This document shows positions 37,699 to 49,600 of a stretch of DNA of 64,000 nucleotides, one piece after another. Both the position numbers and the translations under genes were made by a program. The notes below the pieces were generated by a model. It saw nothing but the letters and a program-made list of their open reading frames with translations. It made no database searches and was not told where the DNA came from. Each line of letters opens with the position of its first letter. Position 1 is the first letter of the stretch. Source of the stretch: Basidiobolus meristosporus CBS 931.73 (lineage: Eukaryota; Fungi; Basidiobolomycota); the NCBI GenBank assembly GCA_002104905.1, contig MCFE01000113.1, forward strand, positions 1-64,000, in the 5' to 3' direction.

Positions 37699-38641
37699 AA
37701 AAGTACCATATTTGCTTTATGGTAGGTCCTATATGTTGTAAAAATTTAGAATTCCACCTAAATATTCACCTAGCTTAGTTACATATCGTTACAATATATA
37801 TATAAATATATAGCCACCATCGAACTTCCCTTCTTAATACCACAAGTCACCTTTAAGCTTGTACTGGCGCTTTGCTTAGAATTCTGACAAAATATAGAGG
37901 AGCAGCAAATATGATCATCCACTTGCCAGTTGAAATTGATTGATGAATTATGGATTTGATGGCAACTCAGGAATAACTGATCATCTTTGCTGGATCTTTT
38001 GCCAGCATTCTAATCAACAGCGCTTTTGGAAAAGGTCTGGTCAGCTGCTATAGTTATATATGTAATATACTTCCAACACTGCACTATGATACATAATAAA
38101 CACGTGATGCTGCATTCCAATGTAGCAAGGGCTAGTCAAGGGACAACATTCCAGTGTTGGTGCCAAAGGACTGAAACATCCATTCCCAATTCGAACCAGG
38201 TAACTGAAGAAGTGAGCGCTGCATGAAATCAATTGCACACTACAATGAATGTAACAAATACATTGAAAACAATCGGGTTCTGTGGTCTGGTCCATCATTT
38301 TGGAGAATAGCTATGAAACATGGCGTTGCGGCTCTGAGAAACATCCACGTTTCTTCAGCAGAGGAGCAAACGCCAAATTTGGGCCCATGACGGAAAACTT
38401 GGAACATTTGTATCATGCGCTATATACCATACCAGCGTCATCCACAAAGATTCGAAGTCCTTGAATCGGTAGATCATGCTGGGTGTGCATTTCATGGAGA
38501 CATAGGAGGTGACTGCATCCAACAGCCTGAACGAGGAGCGGCAGGTACAAATCCCAACTGAATATAAGGAAGATGCTCCCCTTCTTGGTCCCTTCGATCG
38601 CTCTATTGAGACTGTACAGCCGCTTCATCTCTTTGTATAAG

Positions 38642-39097
38642 ATGTGCCGGACTCCATGCTGCTGGTATCTCTGCCTGATCTTCACGCTTCTCTTCCACAC
38701 CAGTCTGGTGAACTCCCAAGTACCAGTCCAGCCGAGTAGTCTATCTAGTCTGACCTCAAGCTCCAGTACTGCCGGGAGTTTCCTGAACCCAACTCCAACC
38801 ACTGCCCAGCAAACTGGCGCAAATGTAGCCCCTCCAGCTCCACCACCACCACCACCACTGATTACCGAAACCACCACGATCATCGTGTTGCCAACCATAT
38901 CGAGCACCAACACCAGTCCCACACACAGAGGACCAATCCATACTCGCTCGGAATTGAAGTCATCAACCCATACAGCCAGCGCGATTCGTGTTGATACTAC
39001 GTCCCCACCACGTGCCTGGAGTGGTTGTCGAACGAACCAACCTCATGCCTATTTGGGGCTAATTCTTACGAGTTGGATCTACACCATGCTTCGATGA
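38642..39097 (+). CDS. Small secreted Ser/Thr/Pro-rich protein, possibly GPI-anchored or cell-surface
   Basis: Hydrophobic N-terminus WYLCLIFTLLFHTSLVNSQ, S/T/P-rich body with a poly-Pro run, hydrophobic C-terminus AYLGLILTSWIYTML. Confidence 0.65.
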   Translation: MCRTPCCWYLCLIFTLLFHTSLVNSQVPVQPSSLSSLTSSSSTAGSFLNPTPTTAQQTGANVAPPAPPPPPPLITETTTIIVLPTISSTNTSPTHRGPIHTRSELKSSTHTASAIRVDTTSPPRAWSGCRTNQPHAYLGLILTSWIYTMLR

Positions 39098-39231
39098 CTC
39101 TTGCCAACAGCCCTCATCCACCCCTACATACACCTACACATACCACACGCCTAATAAATACTGCTGGCAAATGAGATTCGATGAACCTATGATTTTTATT
39201 GCCGTTAAATAAATGGTACACAGGGGGGAGT

Positions 39232-40250
39232 TTATTGTTGGGAACGAGCGAAAGCAGCCTTCTTTTGCTCGACCTTGTTGCGGCGTTGCTTGAGGTTGAG
39301 CTTGACTTTGTGGTAACGCTTGGTCTTCTCTCCTTGAGCGGGCTTCTTCTTCTCGGTGGGCTTGAAGGTAGGATCCTCGCGAATCTTTTGGTGGGCGGCC
39401 TCGTACATCTCTTCGACGTTATCTTCGTTGAGGCCAGCTTCGAGGTACTTGGCGAATTGACGCTTGTACTTGTCCTCATCTTCTTCGGCGAGGTAGCTCA
39501 TGTACTCGGCAACGTGGCCACCATAAAGGTAGCTACGGAGAACTTCAGAGTCCAAAGACTTGGATTCAGCATCATAACCAGGGAAACGGTTCTCGGAGTG
39601 GGGAATGAAGATGCCACCATCGGAGGCACCCTTAAGGGCGGCGAAGACACGGGAACCGGTGGTGGTGCGCTTCAAACCAACATCGAGGAAGGCCTTGAAA
39701 GGACGAGGAGCATCCTCAAGCTCTTCAACAAGAGAGATGGTGCCATCGGCTTCCTCAACACCTTGGTACTTGTCAGCAAGGCCAAGCTTGGTCAAGACAC
39801 GACGAGCTACGAGGAGACCGGTGCAGTAGGCAGCGGAGTAGTTGGTCAAACCAACCTTGACACCGTATCTGGGCAACTCATGGGAGTAGGCGGAGGCCAA
39901 GACGAAGTCACCTTGGATCTTGGCGTAGACGATTTGGCAGATGACGTCGGTGTTGGTGAAACGAACGACCAGTCTGTATTTGGGGGAGTTGTATTTGTTC
40001 TTGGCTTGGACAACAAGTCTCTTACGAGCGTAGTAGTCGGTCTTTCCCTCTGAAACAACCGTGTTAACCCAGCGATATCCCGCGCGGTACATCCACTAGC
40101 ACATACCTCTTCTTCTTCTGTACTTCACTTGGAAGCGCTTGAAGTAAGCTTTATTCTTGACGAGTTTGACGAAAGGCTAGGCAAATCCCAGTTAGAACCA
40201 ATCTATCGCGGCAAGGGGTGCATCCATCGACACCCGTAGACACTTACCAT
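39232..40250 (-). CDS. RPL5: 60S ribosomal protein L5 (uL18); 2 introns
   Basis: M|PFVKLVKNKAYFKRFQVKYRRRR|EGKTDYYARKRL, KYNSPKYRLVVRFTN and ASDGGIFIPHSENRFPGY. Introns 40247-40177 and 40106-40050. Confidence 0.98.
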
Positions 40251-40856
40251 ATTAAGATCAAAGACACCGAGGAGCAAGGAAAGATCCTGGCGCCACCGAT
40301 CAAACAAATTTATATGATGGATGCGGTTTTTTTCATTTCCCTCACCTGTTGATCTATGGGGTGTCGAGGGATCCGATGCAATTCCGTGTAAATCCCAGAT
40401 GGAACATATTTAATACATTGATCCCATCACCCCGTCTGTGGAATGGGTGAGATGCGGGCCAAGATTTTCCCGTAGGACTGCTTCTATGTTGACAATTCGA
40501 TACGGTACCTGCAGCCTCGCAGCAGTGGGATTGTTCGATATGTTTGAGGTTCTAACTGAACATGAAAAACGTCCTGCTTGCATACACCCTGAGCCTCCAC
40601 CGATCTTTTAAAAGCGTGATGCTGGCTAGCCTCTTCTCCCCTTTAGCCGCATACATTTCTTCGTCTTCGTTTTGAATTGTGTTTACCTTAGCTGTTAGGT
40701 ATGTGGTATTTTGAGGGTGCGTACTGGTGCTGAAGTCATAACCCTGATATCTCTCTTAGTGAACGCCATCGCGGATATTCCTTGTATCATACTCATCGCA
40801 ACTAATTCCAAGTACCCTCATTCCAAAGCCCACCGTGGTGCTCTCCTGAATTACCC

Positions 40857-41842
40857 ATGAATGCTCTAAAGCAGGCTTTTTGGAAGCCAAAGCAACCAGA
40901 GAGTATCCCGGAAACCAGTGCGACTTTCCCCCCTCCAGTTTCCTATCTCAGTCGCAACAAATCCTCTGGCGAGCTCGAGGCTCCCAGAGGTCGCACCAAT
41001 CCCACATCCCATAAGGGCTTCTCAACTCTCAACAGCCCCCTCACAAATCCCTTGTCAGCCGCAACCAACTCGAAGAGTTCCCCGTCTTTACCTATCAAGG
41101 GAAACACTCAGGATGGAGAAGATTTTTCGACCTGGGTGCCGTACAAAGCCACAGACAAGGACAATCCCTCAGTAATCACACTAGCAGACAAGTATGTGCA
41201 ACAGGCGATACAGTGCCATGAACACAATCAATTGGAAAAAGCCGCCCACTTCTTTAGGCTTGCCGCTTGTCAAGGATCACCTGTTGGGTTGTTCCTCTAT
41301 GGGATATCGTTGAGGCATGGATGGGTAATGTCAGTTTTCGGGATATATAACATTGGTCGAAAATGGGTAAAGATGAGGGAATACTTGGCTTGCCTATACA
41401 CATGAACCAATATTCTGTGGGATTCACTCAACCAACTCTTTCTTGACTCTAGGGATGTAAAGTGAATCCACAAGTGGCATTTCAATGCCTTCAGAAGGCT
41501 GCAGAGTATGCGGTGTTTGACTTGAACAACCTCACGAACAACACAAACCTCTCGGCGGCCAAGCATGAGTTGGTTCTGGCGATATACGAGCTGGGTGTGT
41601 GTTTTCAGCATGGCTGGGGTGTGTCCAAAAACAAGTCCACCGCTGTGTACTATTTCGAAATCGCTGCCAATTTGGGGGATCCAGACGCCCAGAATGATCT
41701 GGCTTTTTGCTACCTTCACGGACACGGGGTAAGAAAAAACCGCCATAAAGCAGCCAAATATTACCGGATGGCCCACGCCCAAGGGATGGGAGTGGTTGGA
41801 AACAGTTGGATATTTAAAGCAAAGTATGACAATTCTTTTTAG
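40857..41842 (+). CDS. Sel1-like repeat protein (DSF2/Nif1-like); intron 41325-41452
   Basis: LFLYGISLRHGW|GCKVNPQVAFQCLQKAA, IYELGVCFQHGWGVSKN and AQNDLAFCYLHGHGVRKNRHKAAKYYRMA. Confidence 0.9.
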
Positions 41843-42069
41843 TATAGACTGGCTAGAGGACCTCCTTGGATTACTTCATTTTTGTACACTTGTCTTGCCC
41901 CCTATGTATCTTGTTTACTCCATCTTATCCTAGAACGGACTGTTATATCCGTCAACAAACATGTAAAGTTGTCTTTGGTATACATCGCCAAGTTATTGTA
42001 AGAAGATCAGTTGCCAACTGAGCAATAGTGGAATTGGCCAAATGGACTTTATCACCAGCGGAGCAAATT

Positions 42070-42822
42070 CTATTCATTATGTAGCAGTTCTTGGTCGAAA
42101 AGATAAAGTCCAAGTTGATCACGGCCAACACGCTGCAATTGCGTGGTGTAGTGAGCTAGTTCTGATACCATCTGCACCTCCTGAGTCAAGAAGTTTGATC
42201 TAAGGCGAAACGTCAGCGCATTTCAAGTGAAAATAGTGCCTTTGTACGCTTACTTAATAAAATTGACTAGTGCGGGATCCTCTACCTGGAGACCATGGAT
42301 TGAGGTCGCGATTAAGGACTGATTCACCTCTTTTTTTAACGAAAGGCTAGCCTCTGTCTAGCGGGTCAACCAAAAGTTATTCAGCAAGCATTTTACGTGC
42401 CACTTTACCAAATACGCTGTATGCGGACTCCCATTCGGCTTTCGGTGACGCAATGGGAGCCAGTTGAACAACACCACCTCGCTTGTTCTGGTAATCAATA
42501 ATCTTCCAGGCATCTTCGTACTCCTAGTCAATCCCATGGTTTGCGTAAATTTTATGAAGTTTTGTATGCCAGGACAAAGAAAAGTAACCTTGTCCGAGAT
42601 TTTCTTGAAGTATTTTTCCAAGCCCTATGAAAGAAGGTGTGGGTTGAGTTATTGTTCTAGTGCTGAAGTGGTTACCTCCGCGCTAACCGGTAACGCAACG
42701 TCACAGCCTCCAAAGTATGCCGAGGCAGACAGATGAATGTAGTGAGAAGTATACTTGAGAACTATTTGCTGATTAAGCAAGTCCTCTGAAGCGGTGGCAA
42801 AGTTCTGCTTGGCGAGCGACAT
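42070..42822 (-). CDS. Ferritin subunit lacking the ferroxidase centre (L-like), 171 aa, 5 exons; not in the ORF track
   Basis: Exons 42822-42688, 42624-42589, 42523-42409, 42353-42254 and 42199-42070; GT-AG introns of 63, 65, 55 and 54 nt. Spliced product MSLAKQNFATASEDLLNQQIVLKYTSHYIHLSASAYFGGCDVALPGLEKYFKKISDKEYEDAWKIIDYQNKRGGVVQLAPIASPKAEWESAYSVFEASLSLKKEVNQSLIATSIHGLQVEDPALVNFIKSNFLTQEVQMVSELAHYTTQLQRVGRDQLGLYLFDQELLHNE aligns without gaps to the neighbouring ferritin. Confidence 0.88.
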
Positions 42823-43310
42823 GGTTTCCAGAGATCTTATTCGTGGTGAGAGCTGGTTGAGTCAACCCAGCCTTTTAAGCAGCAGTATGATGACGGAGCC
42901 CCCATCCAAATCCCAGTCCTCATATTCAGACTTTCCCATATATGGCAATAGTTGGTCACTTTGTTTTATATATCACAATAATAAGCTGCGTTCCATCAGG
43001 TGAGAGAATCCGTTTTGCAGGAGTTGAATGGGATAGAGAAGTGCGGGACGTCACTGGTCAACCTAATGCGCAAAGAATCCCCATCGCCTATTCACCGGAA
43101 TACCATGGGGATCGCATTTCTTGGGAAATGATAGGTGGAGACTCAGCACTCCCTGGCCAAGCCACTAGAATGTGTGCTACTCAATCCATCGTTAGACATG
43201 CCGATGAAATTTGGTGGTTGGGATTAAGAAACCTGAGAGCCCTCGGTAGCATATAAAGCATTCCTAGGTTCCTTCAGACCTCATTTTCACTCCTCTTGCT
43301 GATCATCAAT
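42823..43310. promoter_or_regulatory. 488-bp divergent (bidirectional) promoter between the two ferritin genes
   Basis: Both ATGs face outward. TATAAAG near 43252 ahead of the plus-strand gene. Confidence 0.6.
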
Positions 43311-43841
43311 ATGTCTCTTGCCAAACAAAACTTTGCCACCGCTTCCGAGGAAGGTATCAACAACCAGATCAACATGGAGTTCACGGCCATGTACACCTAC
43401 ACCTCCATGGCCGCCTACTTCGACAGGGACAACGTCGCGTTGCCTGGCCTAGCGAAATTTTTCCGGGATAGTGCGGAAGAAGAGCGTGAGCATGCACAGA
43501 AACTGATTGACTACCAAAACCAAAGAGGTGGCCGGGTCAACCTTCAGTCGATCCCAAACCCCTCGTGTGAATGGCAGTCTGCGCAGAATGCTGTGGAGGC
43601 AGCCTTGCAGCTCGAGAAAGATGTCAACAAATCCTTGCTGAACCTTCACAACATCTCAGCAGAAAATGGGGACCCGCAGTTCTGCGATTTCATCGAAACC
43701 CACTACCTCACTGAGCAGGTCGAATCCATCAAGAAGATCTCCGACCTGGTGACTCAGCTGAAGCGTGTGGGTGGAGACGGCCTGGGTCTCTATCTTTGGG
43801 ATCGCGAGCTGCTCCATCACGGCACCGCCACTGGTAATTAG
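43311..43841 (+). CDS. Ferritin, H-type with intact ferroxidase centre, intronless, 176 aa
   Basis: NQINMEF..MYTY, AEEEREHAQKLIDYQNQRGG, LQLEKDVN and DFIETHYLTEQVESIK. E23, Y30, E57, E58, H61, E102 and Q136 correspond to human H-chain E27, Y34, E61, E62, H65, E107 and Q141. Confidence 0.97.
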   Translation: MSLAKQNFATASEEGINNQINMEFTAMYTYTSMAAYFDRDNVALPGLAKFFRDSAEEEREHAQKLIDYQNQRGGRVNLQSIPNPSCEWQSAQNAVEAALQLEKDVNKSLLNLHNISAENGDPQFCDFIETHYLTEQVESIKKISDLVTQLKRVGGDGLGLYLWDRELLHHGTATGN

Positions 43842-44565
43842 TGGCTGGTATGATCAATCGCCCTTTTCATATTAGTATGGATTACTAGCTAGCACTGATC
43901 ATTGAGTGTATATATGTTACTATCCGAAATAAACTAACCCTTTCCGCAACATATCAAGAGAGACCTTGTTGGGAAGATGTGCGCTATCGTAGGCAGCGTG
44001 GCATTTTTGGGCCCAGTGACGCCCTTGTTGTGTGTGGGGCCCCGCACAATTTCCCATTGATAAGGTCTCAGATGGCATCTGATTCATTCCTCTGCTTACA
44101 CAAAGCCAATAGAAGCACCCTGTTGAGAATGATTCATGGCAAAGTAAAGGGGCCCCACAAAATTATTATTGGTTGGACGGGTGCATTAACGAGCGACAGG
44201 GCTGATATGCACCATTCAGGACATGTTGACGAGCATGGATTTACTGACCCACTTCACAACCACCCATGTCTCACGAGGGAATGAGGCCGATCAGGTGGAC
44301 ATTCTGGGCACCAATCTCACTTGCGCCATAAAACCCGCGCCTGCACACAGCATCAAGTACTAGAGATAATTAATGTATTAATAGTTATCATCAATATTAA
44401 TCCCCTCGGTTCTGAGGAATGTATGAAGAAGGTGGGTGGACGCACAATGTTAGTAGATTATTCACTGATTCCTTGGGGAGGTTTAGCCAAATTTAGGATG
44501 AATTACATGTGGGGAGGTTTAGGTCTAACATTCATGGATTTACCGGCGGTATGTATGGATGGTGA

Positions 44566-45959
44566 TTAACACTCGTTGTGGCTCTTCTTGGGATGGGTGT
44601 ATGCTAAGCGGTTAGGTAATGTTAGACTGCGGCGGATGTTGTTGGTGATTGGGATGGAGCCAATGATCGTGGGCTCGCACTGGGGATGATGTTGGTAGAT
44701 CACCAACTTGGGCTTCAACTTCTCATGCTCGACAAGGGCGATCTTGAACGTGGCAAGCTCCATCGGCTTGGTCTTATGAATGAGATGCTTCTTCCCTAAC
44801 GACAAGGTGCGGATCAACTGACGGTTCAGCGAGGGCGATGCACTGGTTTTACTCCGTTTTAGAGCTTTCACGTCTGACTGGGTATCTATCTCTAGGGTGG
44901 GCTTCTTGACCGGTATGGGAGGTAGCTCTTTTTGTCTACCAAGCGCATGACGAGCCATGCTCAGACGATCATGGTTTTTGATCAAGCTGGCAACCACGGC
45001 TTGAGAAATCTTGTATTCCTCCGGGCTCAGCTCATGGATCGGGTGGGCCAGAATACAAGGTTGAAATACGCAAGCGAGATTGGTCGTATTCATCAGTGTT
45101 TGCTCCGCTTGCTCGGCGAAGAATGCGAGTAGATCCAGGATGTAGATCAACAAGGCTTGGTGTGCATGTGGTAGATACACCATGGATGCCTGGAATGCTT
45201 TAACTAGCCTCTCTTCGTCCATACGGTACTCATCTACACCCGCTGTCAGTTACACTGGATCGACAATCAGCAGCTTTTGAGGTTGTTCAGGCTTACCATA
45301 GACTTTCCTGAACAGGAAGTACAGCTGGTGGATGATCACCGGTTCTGGTAGACTGTTCAAGTATCGCCGAAGAAGATTGGCTGCATCATGGACCGTGTAA
45401 CTCTCGAAAGTCACATCTCTTCCGAAATCCGGCGCCAGGTCAAAGAGAGCCTGAATCTCATTCACTCGCTTGGCTGAGCCGTTCACACGAAAAATCCCTT
45501 TGGTGGCCTGAGCTGAGCGAACAGTTGGTGGGCGAAGTCATGGGACGGCTCAGAAGTGACGATCCACATACCATGTTTCCGCAGGAACTCGCCACACTTT
45601 ATAATGACAATGGGCATCGTATAGCATAAATAGCCCTCATTTGGTCTGATGTTGATCTTGATTCCCGCGTATCGTATAGAGGATGCGATGGGTGCGCCAA
45701 AGATCGATCTAGGAATCTCTTTAGGGTAAAAGGCTGGGGGCCGGTTAGAGTGGATTTGGTCGATGTGAGGTCGATGGGTCCTACCTTTTTTCGTCCCCCC
45801 TCTTCTGATGGTGAGCTTCCTGGCCGACAGGGTTTTCGTTCTGGTGACCACGTTCTTCCAGCGCTCCTTGATGGTCGGTTTGACCGTTTCGTTTTTCCGG
45901 ACGAAAAATCGGGTAAGCTGCTCCCAATGGGAGCGTTTGGGCCTCTCTTCAGGGGACAT
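44566..45959 (-). CDS. RhoGAP-domain protein; 2 introns; start uncertain
   Basis: IFGAPI, MPIVIIKCGEFLRKH|AQATKGIFRVNGSAKR (arginine finger), VHDAANLLRRYLNSLPEPVI and MNTTNLACVFQPCIL. Introns 45571-45513 and 45296-45234. Confidence 0.9.
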
Positions 45960-46677
45960 ATATCGGCAGCTTGATGATATACGATACTGCCACCGAGCGA
46001 ATGATATCTGGTTTCCGGGGAAGAATTTTACGAACGCACTTTCAGTAACAAAGGTTGTCGCGGGAATGTAGGGAGGCAAAGGTGAAAAGAACAATGCAAG
46101 CAGCGACGTCTCTTTTCTTTGGTGCGCAGATGGAGCGACCAAAAAGAAGGGGGTACATGCCACTCGTGGCCGATTATATTGCCCACGTTCCTTAGACCTA
46201 TCAATGTTTGTAACTGATGATTGCAACCATTGGAGTGAATGAAACTCCCGTTTACATCGTTTGAGTCTTGAGAGGGTAGGTTGGTCCTGAGATTCATTTG
46301 TTGGCCAATCACTCTTGAAATCATGTAGGAAGTGACGGACACGCATTACGGCGATCATGTCAGAATGAAGATCTTCGTATGCAGGTGATACACTTGGGTG
46401 CTAGATTAATGTTGGCAATGCAAGATGACGATTTCCATGTTCATTTATTGCTCACATTTGCACACAATTAATGATAGTAAGATATTAGGCGGTAGTCATA
46501 CGAGAGTCAATGGAGTTATACAAAGGCCAACTGGATCAAGAAAAAATGGTTCGCAGGCGCTCATTTTTTCCCAAAGAAGTTGAAGGTAAATAGCGATGAT
46601 CGCCCAGGGGATTGGGCCGATATTGAGGAGCTTGATGAAGACCGAGCCAGGGTAGGGGCTTCGGTCACAGCAGCGAT

Positions 46678-49600
46678 TCAGCGAGACATCATCTTGTGCA
46701 TTTCTTCCTGCAGTTGGTTGATGAGCTTGATCATCTGGCTATTTTCATCACGAAGGCTCTCCACTGTCTGGTTGAGTTCGACAATCTCGTGCTTGTGGTG
46801 AGCAATTTGAATTTCCAAGTCTTCGTTAGTAGCCTTTAGCTTGCTCCCTTCACTGCGTAGCAAACGCTCGCTTTCCTCGGACTCTCGTCGCTGGATGGTT
46901 TCAAGTGCGGCCAAGTCATCCTCATACCGCTTCTTCAGCTGCTCCAACTCTTGCTTCTGCAAATCAGTCAGGCTGTCCAGCTTCTGTTTCATATCCTGGA
47001 TCTCTTTATCTTTGCTTTCAAGCTGGCTGGCGTAGTGGGCATCCATTTGCTCCATGTCACTTTCATGCTTTTGTGTGATGGCGCTCATCTGATCCTGAAT
47101 ATCAGCGAAACCAGCGACCTCTTCCTTCAAACTGGAATGCGCCTTACGTTCTTCTTCGAGCGCTTCTTCAGATTTCACCAGTTTCTCATTCAACTGTTGC
47201 TCAACTGATTGGGTAGCAATCTGAGAAAATTGTTATAAATCAAGGCATCAATACCATGTGAAACGGTTCCAACTTACTGCGATCTCTTCCTGCAAACTGG
47301 TTTTGACTCTAGAAACCTCCTCCTCCTTGGCGGCGATCTCGGACTGGTGATTAGTGCGGATTTGCTCCAACTCCAGAATATGTTTATCTGTGAGATTTAC
47401 CAGTTGCATCCGAATTTCCTAAATCCAATATATGAATTCCTAGGCTTGCTACAACGAAGTAACAATCTATGTGAATACCTCGACCTCCCTCTTCAAGGTG
47501 GCTCTTTCTTCTTCCACACTAGATAGTGAAACCTTCAGGGCCTCGACCTCTTTGATCTTCACATTGAACTGCTCCTCAAACGACTCGTTTGCCTGACTCA
47601 ATTCGGTATCATACTTGGCCTTCATGGAGTCTAGCTCTGAGGTGCTGCTCTGTCGAAGGGTTTCCAGTTCTTGATGGATAGCATCCAATTCGGCAGCTTT
47701 GGTGGTTGCTTCTTCCATTACAGCATTTACCTTTTGAAGCTCGGCATCATGATCAGCCTGTAACTTCTCAAATTCGGACTTGTGCTTGTTTTGAATGTCT
47801 TCTAGGGCCTGTGCTACGGAGTCATCGATCTTGGCCTGTAAATGCAAACTGTCAGTAAGTCTTTGAAAACTTCTGTTGTTCTCACAATTACCTGAAGGGA
47901 GTGCTCGGCGTTCTTGGTGGATTCCTCGTACTCTTTCAAGGTAGACTCATGCTGAGTACGAAGCGATTGGATCTCAGCACTGAGAGAGCCGATCTCTACC
48001 AGGTTAGCCTCACGCTCCCCACGAAGCTTGGCAAGTTCTCCTTTGGCTTCATCCAACTCCTGTTTCAACAGAGAAATCTCGCCACTATGACTTTCGCTCA
48101 AGCTTCGAATCTTGTCCTCATGCGAACTGATAAGCGATGCGATTTCAGAATCACCAAGTTGGACCTTTCTTACGAGCTCCTCGGTTTCGAGCTTGATTTT
48201 TGCAATCGACTCCTCATATTGCCTATGTAATTGCTCCAGCTCCTCGATATGCTGAGCTTTAACATTTTCCAACTCTTTACCAACACGGGCCATTTCAGTT
48301 TCCAGTTCAGTATCTGGCAGTGATTTTTCTTGTAGAGATTCCATCTCGTTTCGCAAAGCATTGAGCTCCTCCTCATGAGTGTTTTCCATAGATTTCACCT
48401 TGTTGGCAAGCTCTTCGTTACTTTGCGATAACTCACTTCGTTGTGTCTCAGCAGTCCCCAATGCAGCTTGATGCTCGGCTTGAAGGGTCGCTACCGCTTC
48501 AGCATGCTTCTCGTTAAGTTGGCTAATTGACAATTCTACCTCTGCATTTCGAGTAGCAATCTGCCCCTCATTTTGCTGAGAGGCCTGTAGTTTTTCCAAT
48601 TCACCCGTGAGGGCTGTCACCTCACTCTGATGCGAGTCACGAAGGGCCTCCAGTTGACGCTCATATTTCTCCTTAAGTGAACTCAACCCAGCTTCACGTT
48701 CCTCAGCTCGTTTGATCATTTCACTCTTTTCACGTTGGACTTCATCAAGAGATGTACGATGGTTAACAGCTAAAAGCTCCAAATCTTCGGCATGTTTCTC
48801 TCTCAGCTGGCTCATCTCATCGGTAAGCCTTTGTATCTCCATTTCGTAGGAGTCTTGGGAATCGCGGTTAGTAGCCTGCGTGTTCTTCAATGACTCCATC
48901 TCCTCGGTCAGCTTTTGAAGATCGTTCTGATGCTCAGAAATAAGCAAGTTCAGCTGCTCTTGAAGCAAATCTTTAACCTGGCTGAGCTCTAGGGCAACAG
49001 CATTCAATTTTTCGGACATTTCTTCTTTCTCCTGCGCTGTCTCCGATAGAGAGGCTTGACTGGCTGTACGCATGGCTTCCAATTCAGCCTCGTTCTGCGC
49101 TTTGGCGGATTCCAACAAGGAAGTCAGTCTAGCAACTTCGGCTTCAGCTGATTTAAGCTCCTCAGCCCCGGCGGATCTAGAGCTTTCAAGTTCCTTTAAT
49201 CTTTCGCTCAACTCATTCATCTCTTTCTCATGGGCTTCCTTAAAGGATCCTATTTCAGCTTGATGGGCCAGTTTCATAGATTCCAAATTGGTGGTTTGCG
49301 TCTGTTCCATGGGCTCGATTTCCCTCGCATGGGTGCTACGAAGTGCCTCAAGCTCCTCAGCGTGCTGAATTTCCAATACCTCTAACTTCTCTCTCAAGGC
49401 TGAGATTTCCGATTCTTTACTGCTTCGATCAAGTTCATGCTCCGCCACCGAGCTCTTCAAAGATTCCAACTCGGTGGAGATCATAGCAACGTTGTTCTGG
49501 TGACTTTCTTGGGCAGCCTGCAGCTCTTGCGAATGCTCCTCCCTCAACCTCTCCAATTCTGAGGAATTCGCTTGGAATTTCTCCGCCAGTTGCTCCTTCT

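Noticed and set aside
39199-40053. 284-aa plus-strand ORF
   Set aside because: Antisense shadow of highly biased RPL5.
42358-42736. ORF-track calls 42358-42621 (-) and 42464-42736 (+)
   Set aside because: Unspliced or antisense readings of the intron-containing ferritin gene.
45960-46358. 133-aa upstream extension of the RhoGAP ORF
   Set aside because: Composition looks like UTR or promoter sequence; no domain similarity.
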